From the human T2T-CHM13v2.0 reference genome, Homo sapiens: a stretch of 64,000 nucleotides of DNA. A program made the translations under genes and the position numbers. Shown in pieces: positions 15,414-26,870 of the stretch (its first letter is position 1; each line of letters begins with the position of its first letter). The notes under the pieces were generated by a model. That model saw only the letters and a program-made list of their open reading frames with translations, was not told the origin of the DNA and did not search any database. Where the stretch lies: assembly GCF_009914755.1 (NCBI RefSeq), contig NC_060930.1; one strand, 5' to 3'.

Positions 15414-16459
15414 GTCGTTACACTGTTTAAGAGAGTTTAGTAGCAACAGGTTTCTCAGTTATCTCCAGCTACAATCTCTTCCAGTCTTTGTACTGTCAGG
15501 ACGAACACAGGATAGCTGGACTTTTTTGTCAGGCTTTAAGATTCCCATAGAAGGAGAAAGCAGTGTCCAAGAGTCATTTATTTGAATAAAAACTTTTTCT
15601 ATGCTAAGCTGTTAAAATCTTTTGCAACATAAGTTGAGAAATTTGGTGTCATACAGTATAATTGGCTTATTTGCCTCTTACTAAAGAACAACTGTAGCAA
15701 AATTATTAAGTCTCAGGAACGGTCAAGGTTGGGATGAATAATGGTGTGGAACGAGACCAACCCAAAAACTAGGGCAGGAGCAAATTCCCCTAATGATCCT
15801 GGTGATGGATGCATATAGATCTGGTTGCAAGCCCAGGAAACCCTGGAAACCAGTTTCATGTACATAGCAACCAAAGAGAAAGTGCAATATTTTTACCAGG
15901 GAGAAAGGGATACATCAATACATGTTGTAGTGCATAGAAAATTCCATTTGGCGCTGGATGATCATGATATCCAAGACAAATACTGTGAATTTATGCCACA
16001 GGATTCTGTTCAGTCTTGCTCTCTTGCCTGTTACTGTACTATTCTGAATCCTAGGATCTTTCTAGGGCTATTTTAATTTTGATTTATTATTGTAATTATT
16101 AATTTTATTTTTCACAAAGTATCCAAATTTCTTGAAAAAAAATCTGAAAATTTTAACTTTTATAAATAGCATGTTTGTGTCTGTACTATCACAGAGAAGT
16201 GTTAGTGTGTTACACAAAACAGCTCTCAGTGTATGTAATTTAAAAGATCAAGGAAAAGCATAACCATTAGTTATATGTCATTAATGAAATATTTTTAATA
16301 ATTTTAAAAAGCAATAATAGTTATTTTAAAGATTAAGAATAATGAAGTATTTGCAGTTTAATGATGCCTTTACCAGGGCAAAGCAAAAATGTCACATACT
16401 TACTTTTATGATTCAGTGAAAATATATACTATTATATACATTTTACATATTTTAAAGGG

Positions 16460-17593
16460 TATTGTATTACAGAGTGCATTGATTTCTCCTTCATTCCTGA
16501 AGGATATTTTTAATTGACATAGAACTTTGAGTTGACAATTCTTTTCTTTCAGCACTTGAAAAATGTGTGTCATTTCCTTCTGACTTCTGTGGTATCTGAT
16601 GAGATCTCTGCTGTCTTCCTTCTCCCAACACTCCCTCCCTCCCGTTTTTTTCTCTCTACCTTCCTTCCTCTTTTCTCTTCCTTCCCTCCCTTTCTTCTTT
16701 TCCTTCCTTCCTTTTTTCTTTTTTCCCCTCCTTTGAGTGCCCTCAAGACTTTTTCCTTTTCTTTTCAAAAGTTTTACAGTGATATATCTCTTGATCTCGA
16801 TTTCTGTGGATTTATCCTATTTGAGAGATTTTCTCAGCTTCTTGAATCTTTAGCTTTATGTACTTTTTGGGGACCAACTCTGGGAAAGTTTCAGGCATTG
16901 TTTATTTGAATACTTTGCAGCCCTACTCATTCTTGTCTTCTGGAAATCCAGTGACAAGATTGTTAAATCTTTTGTTGTACTTGCACAAGTCCCTGGGATT
17001 CTGTTCATTTTATTTTATTTCTTTATTTTTTTGGTCTAAATCTTTTTGTTGTCCAGATTGGGTAATTTCTATTCTAGCTTCATAGTCTCTCATGCTTTCT
17101 TCTGTCCTCTCCATTACTTTGTTGGGTCAATCTGTTAAGTGTTTTATTTCAGTTAATTTATTTTAGTTTTAAGATTTCTATTTGGTTCTTCCTTGTATAT
17201 GTTATTTCTTTGCTTAGACATTCTATTTCTTTGCTATTTCTATTTTATTTGTTCAAGCGTGTTCATAATTGCTCATTGAAGAAATTTTATGATGTCTGCT
17301 TTAACATCCTTGCCAGATAATTCCAACATTTGTGTCATCTTGCTGTTGTCATCTATTATCGTTTTTCATTCAATTTCAGATTTACCTGCCTTTTGGTATG
17401 ATGAATGATTTTCAATTGAAACCACCATGTTATTCCTCAGATACTGAGGCCTCTAGCCTTTCTGCCATCTTCTCTCCACCTTGCAGTATCTTCTTACATT
17501 TGTTGTATCTATAATTTCCAGGTATTTTAGTTGTATTTAGCAAGAGAAATAGAGAAAAGTACATATATTCCATCTTCCCAGAAGTGGAAATCC
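16460..17593 (-). mobile_element. L1M (MC/MD/ME-type) 5' end and ORF1 remnant
   Basis: Minus-strand peptide IFQVLKEKNCQLKVLCQLKISFRNEGEI resembles the ORF1p C-terminal domain; 5' terminus reads GGATTTCCACTTCTGGGAAGATGG on the minus strand; CT-rich tract at 16615-16765. Confidence 0.8.
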
Positions 17594-18047
17594 TGCTTAA
17601 TGTATTTTGAAGTGAAGTGTCTGCACAGTTAGCATTGCTATGTCTTCTTGATTACTTAATAATCTTATCATTTTGACATGTCTTCTTTTCTCTATAATGT
17701 CAACTTTATTTGATACTAATATAGCCACTACAATTTTTCTATTCTTCCTCTTTATATGGCATATCTTCTTTTTCTTTCAACAAATCTGTATTTTTAAATT
17801 TAATGTCATTGCCTAAAATCAGCATAAGGTGAGATCATACGTTTTTCTTTAGTCTGATATGTTCTACTTTTTTACTGGACAGGTGTTTTCATTTACATTT
17901 GTAACTATGAATCTTTCTATTTAAGAACATTCTAATTGAACAATTTATTTATGAGTCTTCAGTAGAGTTTGAATTTTTTTCTTCACATAGTTTTTATACA
18001 TTTCTTATAAAGACTCAGATATTTTACACTTTTCATTGCTTCTCTCT

Positions 18048-18299
18048 GTATATACATGTGTATATGAATACTTAATTATTGCTAGACATGTATATTAATA
18101 TGTAAATACTATATATAACATGCATACACATATGTATATGTATATTAATATATACATATATTAAAATTAATATATACCTGTGTATATATGTATATATTAA
18201 TATATACATGCATATGTGTATATATGTTATATATGGTTTATAATATATATCATTATACAAACTGTGCATATATATAGATATATACACATACTATATGTA
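18048..18299. repeat. TA/TATG-rich low-complexity repeat containing an inverted repeat with 50-bp arms
   Basis: 18111-18160 is the reverse complement of 18185-18234 with 5 mismatches. Confidence 0.9.
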
Positions 18300-18382
18300 T
18301 AGCAACCAAAGTAAATATTGATATCTTGAAAGAGAAGATACCAATTAATGTGTTAGAAAACAAACAGGAACAGAAAACAAAG

Positions 18383-18521
18383 CTCAGGAACTTTGCGCTA
18401 CATTGCGTGAAATTTCAAGTTTGCTGTTTTTCTCTCTTCTATTTCATTATAGATTTATTTTGTGTGAGTGTTTTTGTTGTTCTTGTCATAGTTCTCTCTT
18501 TTATTTGGTTTGATTTCTAGA
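18383..18521 (+). repeat. Local direct duplicate of 20655-20789
   Basis: CTCAGGAACTTTG...TTTTCTCTCTTCTATTTC...TGATTTCTAGA present at both sites. Confidence 0.95.
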
Positions 18522-19027
18522 CTATTTTACAAACTGTTACATGTAGTTTATAATATATATCATATTATACAAACTGTGTGTATATTTTTATTATATATAT
18601 ACATGCTACTTGTTTGTATAATCGAATGTTGTTGGCTTCTATATAGTATTATTATTTTTTTGAATCACAGTGTTTCTCTTTCCTTTTATAGTAGGTTTTC
18701 AGTTCTGTTGGGTTTTCCAGATCAATCAAATTATCAACAAATAGTAGCTGTTGTAGCTTCTTCTTTCCAATTTGTGCATTACTAATTGTGTTCTCCTGTA
18801 ATGTTGAAGATAATATTATTATCACTAAATAATATTAGTGATAACGGATATTATTGTCTAATTCCTATCTTTAGTATAAATGGTTTTTCAATTTCCCATT
18901 ATATATGATGCTGGCTTTTGACTGAGATAGTTATATTGTATAATAATAAGAGACATTTTGTTGTATTTTATTGGCTAGATTTTTTCTTTTAAATCAAGCA
19001 AGTAATGTTGAAGGTACTTTCGGCATC

Positions 19028-19380
19028 TGCTTTAATCAGGTTCCCCAGAAGCTAACTTTGAGAATAGTGAGTACAAGTCAATTTATTGTACAAGTCATTT
19101 ATTAAGGAAATGTTGGCAGGCAAGACTGGGAAGAGAGTAGGGGAAGCAGAACAAAGAAAGGAGAAGCAGCAAGATAGAATGTAATCACTGGCAAAAGTCC
19201 TGCAGAGGTAGGCTTCAGCCATTTCCCACATGATAATTCTAAGAAGTAAAGTATGCTTCCCAGTTGCCCTGATGTGACGCAAGAAACTGACTTTGATATT
19301 CCTAAATTCTATAATCATTTGTCAGTGGCCACAGTGGTTAAGTTTGGGGAGTGGAAGCAGAAACTCACAGGGACATTCAG
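19028..19380 (-). mobile_element. LTR16/LTR33-type ERVL LTR
   Basis: CAGGTTCCCCAGAAGCTAACTTTGAGA...TTTATT...GAGAGTAGGGGAAGCAG. Confidence 0.6.
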
Positions 19381-19384
19381 CACA

Positions 19385-20832
19385 TTTTAAAAATATTTTT
19401 GTATTCTATTAATGTTTTCTTAAGGAACTTCATCATGCATATGTTAGATCTCTTTCTGCTTTTATATCTATCATTTGCTCTCCAAATTTTTATAATTTAT
19501 CGTTTCACTTCCACTTTCTTCATTTTTTTGTGTGTTTATGTATCCCTTGGTGTATTTTCATTGGTATCTCTTTATCTGTAGGCACCTTGTAGGTTAATAT
19601 TTTTGAAATCATTTTTACATGTTCCTATTTTTTTTTCAATTTCTACCTGTTCCCATTTAATGTCCTGTCATTGTTTTACCATCTCCTGGTATTATCTGGC
19701 CACCAACTTTCCTATATCTTGCCTTTCTGCTTTGTGTTTGTATGTTACCTCAGCATTTTTAAATTAATTTTTAAAAAGTTCATGTTAAGATACTGAGTTA
19801 TAATCTTTATATACTTTGTGGCATCATTTTTTCATTAATAAAAATTTGTACTTCCTTATCTCGGCTCACTGCAACCTCCACTTCCCAGGTTCAAGTGATT
19901 CTCCTGCCTCAGCCTCGTGAGTAGCTGGGACTACAGGCACCCGCCAACATACCTGGCTAATTTTTGTATTTTTAGTAGACGGGGTTTCACCATATTGACC
20001 AGGCCAGTCTTGAACTCCTGACCTTGTGATCTGCCTGCCTCAGTCTCCCAAAGTGCTGGGATTACAGGCATGAGCCACTGCGCCTGGCCTGATTTTTTTT
20101 TAATAGTATCTTTGTTTGGTTTCTGAGTTGATTTATTTGTGGTTACTTATATTTGAAGAAATGGATTTTTCAGGACCAGCGATTAGCAAAAAATTAATGT
20201 GAAAGGGGAAAGGAACAAAGGTGCTTTTCCAGATCTCTCCATTCGGGGCTCCTCGATTGCTACATTGTTGCTAATACTATAGCTTGGATGTGTGTTTAGG
20301 CCAATGCTGCCTCTCAGAATCTACTTTGTTTTCAGAGGCCTTCTATCACTGGCTGATGCTAATAGGTGACAGCCTGTGTTCCAAGGTTTTGACACACTGG
20401 GTTAACTCTGCCCTTTCCCTGTCCTCCATGAATGCCCTTTTTGCAGCATTGTTTTATACTCTTCCTCAGTCAGTGCTCCACGTTCCATTTCCACCTAGTC
20501 CATGGCAATCCTTGTCAGGGTGGAGACTTCTCTTTCAAGATATCAAAATTGACTTTGGTTGCTAAAATGTGGTCCCATTGCCCCTGACCTCCCAGCCATC
20601 CTTCTCTTCTCTGCATCAACTCTTGTCTCAGTTTCTTGTGCAGGTTTTGCTGATCTCAGGAACTTTGGGCTACGTTGCATGACATTTTGAGTTTGCATTT
20701 TTTCTCTCTTCTATTTCGTTATAGATTTATTGTGTGTGAGTGTTTTTGTTGTGTTATTGTCGTTTCTTTTATTTGGTATGATTTCTAGAAAAACAAATTG
20801 AGAAGAGGTAGACTCAAGCTGCCATTATGTTC
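19385..20832 (-). mobile_element. Ancient L1/HAL1-like 5' region interrupted by an Alu
   Basis: T-rich decayed sequence ending in ...CTGCCATTATG, resembling an antisense L1M/HAL1 5' end. Confidence 0.45.
19858..20089 (-). mobile_element. AluS lacking its 3' end and tail
   Basis: Begins abruptly at ATCTCGGCTCACTGCAACC and ends at GCCACTGCGCCTGGCC. Confidence 0.93.
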
Positions 20833-22789
20833 CTATCTAGCCTGTTGATTTTTTGTAGTTCTTTTATTTTTAACTTCAACATGTTATCATCTTTCTCATA
20901 TCAGATTCTCTATGTAATATATTAATAATACATTACCACTTTTTTAGCTGCATAAGTTACAAAAATAGGATCCTATATTGGGGGATATGTAAGTAAATGA
21001 TCCATTCTGTTTGCTAAATAAATAGATAAGTAACAAACCTGTCCCATCTTCTTCCTGACCTTTATCTCACTAAATCTCTTCTGAAAGTTTTCCCTAAGCT
21101 TCCCAACCCTTTGGACATGTCTTTCCTTCTCTGCCATTCTCTTCTGCTAAACACATGCTCATATTTCAGTGTCTCCTCTGCGAAACTTTTTTTGATCCAC
21201 CACCAAACAACAGAATTCGCCATTCCTTTATCAATCTTTCCTCTATCAGAAGGGATAGCTGTTCTAAACTTTACAGTGCTTAATTCATTTTAATGTACTC
21301 ATTTCCTTAACTCCAGCTTGTCCCTGGCATATTGTGAGCTCACAGATGACACATCACAGGTCTTCAGTAGTTCTTTGTTGGACTACCATAAAATTATTTT
21401 GACTTAATTTATGATAAGTAAAACTTTGTTTCCTTAGCTGGTTCTCCATGCAGAATGCAGGCTCTATGAAAGCTGGGAGTCAAGTGATTTTATTATTAAA
21501 TCTCAAGAGACTTGTATTTCTCTTGTAACACAGCAGGCCCTTCATGTTCGATTTCAACTCTTTCATGGAAAGATGGAGAAACAGTGTATAACTGAAAGCG
21601 AATAATATAAGCAATCAATCCATGTTAGCCAGGGACAAATTTAGAATTATAACTCATATCTTTTGAATTCCAGAAAGCATACATACCCACTTCCTGCTTC
21701 TTTCTCCATTTTTGCCAGCCAAGAGCAAGCTATGAATAAATACAGTGAAAATGTAAAGACAAAAGAGAAGAGAAAGGGGAAAGGAGGGCTTTTGGAATGG
21801 ATCCTTCACTCAGAAACCTCCAGGGTCTCAAAGTAGATGTCAGAGTTTCCATCTCATTCCATACTTCTCTCCCCCAGATTCTACCCTCGCGGATGTTTTA
21901 AGTAGAAAGGTGTTTGTAGTTCTTGACATTCTGCAGACATGCCAAAAAGATTAATTACAATAATTTCTCCTGCAACTGAGATTATTGATATATAAAATGA
22001 GTCTAGGTCATCATATGCATTCCAGCTAATGCCACTTGAACTGGTATATGAAAAGCCAATTTATTAGGTGACCACTAATAATGAAGGACATATAGAAGAG
22101 TATAAATTTGCATTTATAACAGAGACTGGATGAAAATTCTATCTTTAGTAGCTAAGAAGATGAATGAGTAAAAGTATGATAGATACAAATAGCAGGGTTC
22201 ATTACACAATAAGAGGATATTATCAGACATATGATGAAGATAAATTCTACTGCATGTCAGAGGCATCATGTTATTACCTCCAATCTATCATCTTGTTAAT
22301 GTTATTTCTATGGAAACATTAAAAGAAATTAAACTACTAAAACCTGAAAACAGGCTTGACAGCTACATGTAACAAAAGAAAAAATATAAAGATTTTGCTG
22401 AAATATTTTCCATATTTTAGCAAGTAACGTTGATTACCAGTAGCCAATGTTTAGATAATCTAACAATGCAGAGGTATAAACAAACCCTATATATAAATAT
22501 GTTTACATTGTTATTGTTAGACAACAATAATTAATATATTTATGTTGATATATTAATTCATGGAAAATTGTAATTTAGGATTCTCTTGTTCTACCAAATG
22601 CAACTCACTTCAATATAAAAAGAATTTTCATGTATATGTATATGTAAGAATATTGGCATCAATTGCTTATATTCGAGCAGGCTTTAATACTCTGAATGGC
22701 TTCCATTTACTGTGTAAGTTGGTGGGATTTTTTTTTGCACACTTATCTTGGATGTGGAATAGCTTTACTGGGATATGTAAAGCCTGTTT

Positions 22790-22812
22790 TGTGTGTGTGT
22801 GTGTGTGTGTGT
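22790..22812. repeat. (TG)n microsatellite
   Basis: Direct reading. Confidence 0.95.
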
Positions 22813-24603
22813 TTTTCATTTTCACTCCTCTCTCATACTGTTCAGTGGGGAAAGAACTCCCCAGACCTCCTTGTGTGTGTTTGTGTGGGTGTCTGTGTAT
22901 GCGTGTTCATGCAAGCGTGGGAGGTACATTGAAGGTCCCAAAATGCTTCGTACTTTAACCAACGAACACAATTTCTATTCCAAGGAGATGATACAATTGT
23001 TTTTGTTTCTCCACTATACTTACTTTTAAAAAATAATAAGAGTGATAAGTAGAGAGGTTCCTCTTTTTCCTCTTTTTTGTTGTTCTGAAATTGTGTAGAA
23101 AATAAAGCTAATTATAATAAAACTGAAATTCATGAGAAAAAGGAATTGAGAATCAAAATTTAACTTTGTCAATTCTGCTGTGAGTTGGTCCTATGCCACT
23201 GAGGCACCACAGTGTTCTTTATCTCTATTTATTTATTATGAAATGAGGTGAAGTTCAAGTTCTCCTCAGTCACGACTATAACATGTTTTATTCTTTTGGT
23301 ATTTATAACAAACCTTGTGACACGCAGATGAAAGATGCTGAGAACTGTAAATGACAAGAGCTAATATTATTTTTTTCCCTGGAGGTGAAGCAGTTTGGTT
23401 TTCTAATGTAAAGAAGAAATCATGACAAGAACTTCACAAAATGGCTGGATTTTTTTTTAAAAACATGAATTCAACTTCTAGCAACAGATCCAAGTCAATC
23501 AGTTTAATTATTTGGAGACTGGGCTGCTGTGGACAATCATTCACGGGGACAAAACAGCCTTTCAAAGTGATACGTTGTGGAATTTTTAATGTGAATGATA
23601 CTATTCCCAGAGAGATTTATTTTTTTGTAAACTAGTCATCAACTGTTTTGTATAGGTCTGTGGTATCAAATGTCCATAACGAAAACCCTTGTGAAGCTGA
23701 AGAAGTGAAGTAATTGTTGTGTTACCATTATCCGTGAAGATATGTTCTGAACTCATTGAATATATTAGATTTAGGAGTTGTCCGTCAGGAGCTGTTCAGT
23801 GATATTGCCTGGAAGCCTTAACGACTTGTAGGGGTGAAGGCAAATATTTTCTTCCCCGCTGTAAAGGTTTGCCATAAATGAGCTACAAAAGGCAGATTCA
23901 CAGGAGAAAAAGGCATAGAGAATATATTTAATGTGCATAAACGTGGAAGCCGTACACAAAGTATGAGATTTAAAGGGACCAGATGTTTGAGGCTTCAGTA
24001 TCCTCTTCATAGAGAAAAGATGTATGGTCCCAGGAGGCAGGCATTACAAGTTGAGTATCTCTTATCCGAAACACTTGAGATCAAAAGTGTTTCAGATTTC
24101 AGATATTTTTGGATTTTGGAATATTTTCATATACATAATGAGATATCTTGGTGGTGAGACCCAAGTCTAAGCATGAAATTCGTTTATGTTTCCTATAACC
24201 CTTATGTACACAGAGATTACCTGAAGGTAATTTTAGACAATGTTTTTAATAATTTTGTGCATGAAATAAAGTTTGTGTACATTGAACTATCAGAAAACAA
24301 AGATGTCAGTATCTCAGCCCCCACTGTGGACAATCTGTGCTGTTTGGCATCACTGTCATTCCTGACTCTGAATTTATATGCTGTCAATCAGCAGTTGTTT
24401 TCTTGTACTCATTCACACAAAAGCACTTAACAGTAAAACATATGACATGCCACTAATGCAGTGAAAACATAATGTGCTAAGGGCAACTGAGCAGCACGGG
24501 AGCATCACAAGACACCTGTACCAGCTGTTAAACCACAGCAACAGCAAAGAGGGGTGTTTGGTCTCCACCTACAATGCTGCGCTTTAATTGAAAGATGAGT
24601 GCA

Positions 24604-24638
<35 letters not shown>

Positions 24639-24650
24639 TACATATATATA

Positions 24651-24684
<34 letters not shown>

Positions 24685-24707
24685 TACATATATATACACA
24701 CACACAC
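24604..24707. repeat. Compound (TA)n(CA)n microsatellite
   Basis: Direct reading; source of the spurious ORFs at 24505-24808. Confidence 0.97.
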
Positions 24708-25000
24708 TTTTTTTTTTTTTTTTTTTGGAGACAGGGTCTTACTCTGTCACCCAGGCTGAGTGCAGTGGTGTGATCATGGATCACTGCAGCCTGAACCTCC
24801 CAGATTGAAGCGATCTTCCTATCTCAGTCTCCAGAGTAGCTGGGACTATAGGCATGTGGCACCAGGCCCGGCAAATTTTTTTATAGAGACAGGGTCTTGT
24901 CTTGTTGCTCAGGCTGGTCTTGAACTCCTGGGATCAAGTAATCGTCTTGCCTCAGTCTCCCAAAGTGCTGAGATTACAGGCATAAGCCACTGTGCCCAAC
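24708..25000 (-). mobile_element. AluJ
   Basis: GAGACAGGGTCTT, CACTGCAGCCT and CTCCTGGGATCAAG are J-type features. Confidence 0.93.
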
Positions 25001-26647
25001 ATTTTTGTGTGTGTGAGAAGAAACATCAGAATTTTTCCACCTGGTATGTTATGCTGGTGCTGAAGAAGTTTCAGATTTCAGAGCATTTTGCATTTTTGGA
25101 TTAGACGTGTTCAAGCTGTGATTTGCAAAGGATTCTCTTTGGGAGCTGGATGGGACAAGTTATAAGAAGAGAAGGAAGAAACTGCATAAGTACAAAAATT
25201 GTCTTATGCACATAAAGCCCCCTAGGTAATCTCTCAGAGCTGCCCTCAGAAGAATGGATGAAAAATCTGTCTGGGAGTGGTGAGGACTCCAATCTCTTCT
25301 CTTATTGGGTGGTAGATCTTTCCTGGTTATTTGATGGGATTCCTAAAGAGGGGGTCTTGAGACTTACCACATTTCTTTTGGAAAGAAGCTTTTGTTGTCA
25401 GATTAGAAAATTCCAGTGAGAGTGCCTCCCCGTGCTTTGGAAAAAGGAATTAAAGAGACAGGGAGATGGGGAAAGGTCAGAGAGAGATCTTGGTTCTAAG
25501 GCCTATTTTTGAGGCCTTTCAGTTTTCAAAGTACTTAGCATTCCAACGTGCCATATTTTGGGGGAATTGTTTTCTGAGCCCAACAGATTTAGAGGTAGGC
25601 TGTAATTACAAGTATAAAATAAGGATGGATACAGAGTCCAAATTTATAGAAAATTTAAACCAAGCAATTCTCTCACCCCAAAGTATAAACTCTTTTTCTA
25701 CCCTTTTCTATGTAGATCCATTTTCAATGCCTTTGGCTTAAAGTCTGGCACAGTTGATAATACCTTTTTATAATAGCTCTTAGAATCTTTTTGGGCTTTG
25801 GAACAGTTCTGCTTAAAAAGAATCTCCTATTATCACATCCAACACAGAAAAGGCATCCAATAAATGATTTTCCTTCACTGTTGTTAACACAAGAGTGGTC
25901 ACAGACTTGAATAGTACACACTGGATCACAATGTGGAAAGGAGGAAAAAACAATGATATTTATTGAGTATATTTCTATGCACTAGTCACCGAGTTATGTT
26001 TTGATTTAATGAATATTCAGATTTAATAAAAGATTTGGGTTTGGTCTTTGCCATTCAAAATCTGTATGGTTAGGTAAGTGTCACCTCTTCATATCTTTGA
26101 TTTTTGAGTTTTCATCTAAAACATGAGAAGATTGTTTTGGTTCATCTTTAAGGCCACTTCCAAACTCCTGTTTTCATTGCAAGCAATATTTCTCTCAAAT
26201 TTACAAATGGGTTCTTTAACAGCTGCATAGAAATCCATGGCCTTTCATATATGTGTGTGTTGGGACCTGGTTTTAACTATCATCACTGCTAGCATCCTCC
26301 ATGGTAAGCACATGATTCTGTAAGCTCTTGGATGTATATTGCTCTTGAAGAAATAATAGAACTCATGTCTGTCACCCGACACCACCACTCCACAGGAACC
26401 CTTCCCTTCCACATCCTTCCCTCTGATCTAAGTCAGCAGTGATCTGTGGTGTTTATTTCATGAGATTTTGTTGTTCACCCAAATGCATAGAATCACCTGA
26501 GAGAAAACTTGTGCCCTTGATTCTCTGGAAAGTAGGATAAAATTATATTTCATCAAAAGTGTCATTGTTATCTTTGACAAAGTAATCAATGCTCTTTTAC
26601 CAAGTCATGTCATTTAGAAAAAAAAAATCTCTTTGAAGGTCTCACAA

Positions 26648-26870
26648 GGAAGTGGTATAGTGGTTTAGAGAAAAGACTTTAGAACTAGGCAGACCTCTGT
26701 GACTATGAAAAAATACTTTCGAGCCTTTTAATTGCAAAATGAGATAACAATAGTATTTATCTCACTGCCTTGTTATTGAATGAAGTTATGCATGTAAAAT
26801 TATTCGACTACCATAGTTATATCTAGCCAAATTATAAATAGCGTACATTAAAAAGTTTGTTGTTATTATT
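26648..26870 (+). mobile_element. MIR
   Basis: GTATAGTGGTTTAGAG...GACTTTAGAACTAGGCAGACCT...GCAAAATGAGATAACAATAGTA. Confidence 0.7.

Larger units (their letters stand above)
17600..19020 (-). mobile_element. Decayed L1M fragments interrupted by a TA-rich repeat and a templated insertion
   Basis: TTTGATACTAATATAGCCACTAC and ATATGATGCTGGCTTTTG are antisense ORF2-like motifs. Confidence 0.55.
24047..25118. mobile_element. Tigger4 (Zombi/MER46 family) DNA transposon derivative
   Basis: TA+CAAGTTGAGTATCTCTTATCCGAAA...TTCAAGCTG terminal inverted repeats; AAGTGTTTCAGATTTCAGA subterminal motif. Confidence 0.85.
23827..25585 (-). mobile_element. MER39/MER34-type ERV1 solo LTR split by Tigger4
   Basis: TG...CA termini; minus-strand start TGTTGGGCTCAGAAAACAATTCCCCCAAAATATGGCAC; 4-bp flanks GACT/GATT. 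Confidence 0.8.

Noticed and set aside
16406-16909. K/R/E-rich and F/L/S-rich ORFs
   Set aside because: CT-rich low-complexity sequence fused to an L1 ORF1 remnant.
22455-22525. Possible hairpin (TCTAACAAT...ATTGTTAGA) as a pre-miRNA
   Set aside because: Short interrupted stem in very AT-rich DNA, expected by chance.
24505-24808. CV/YI/HT dipeptide ORFs
   Set aside because: Microsatellite translation.
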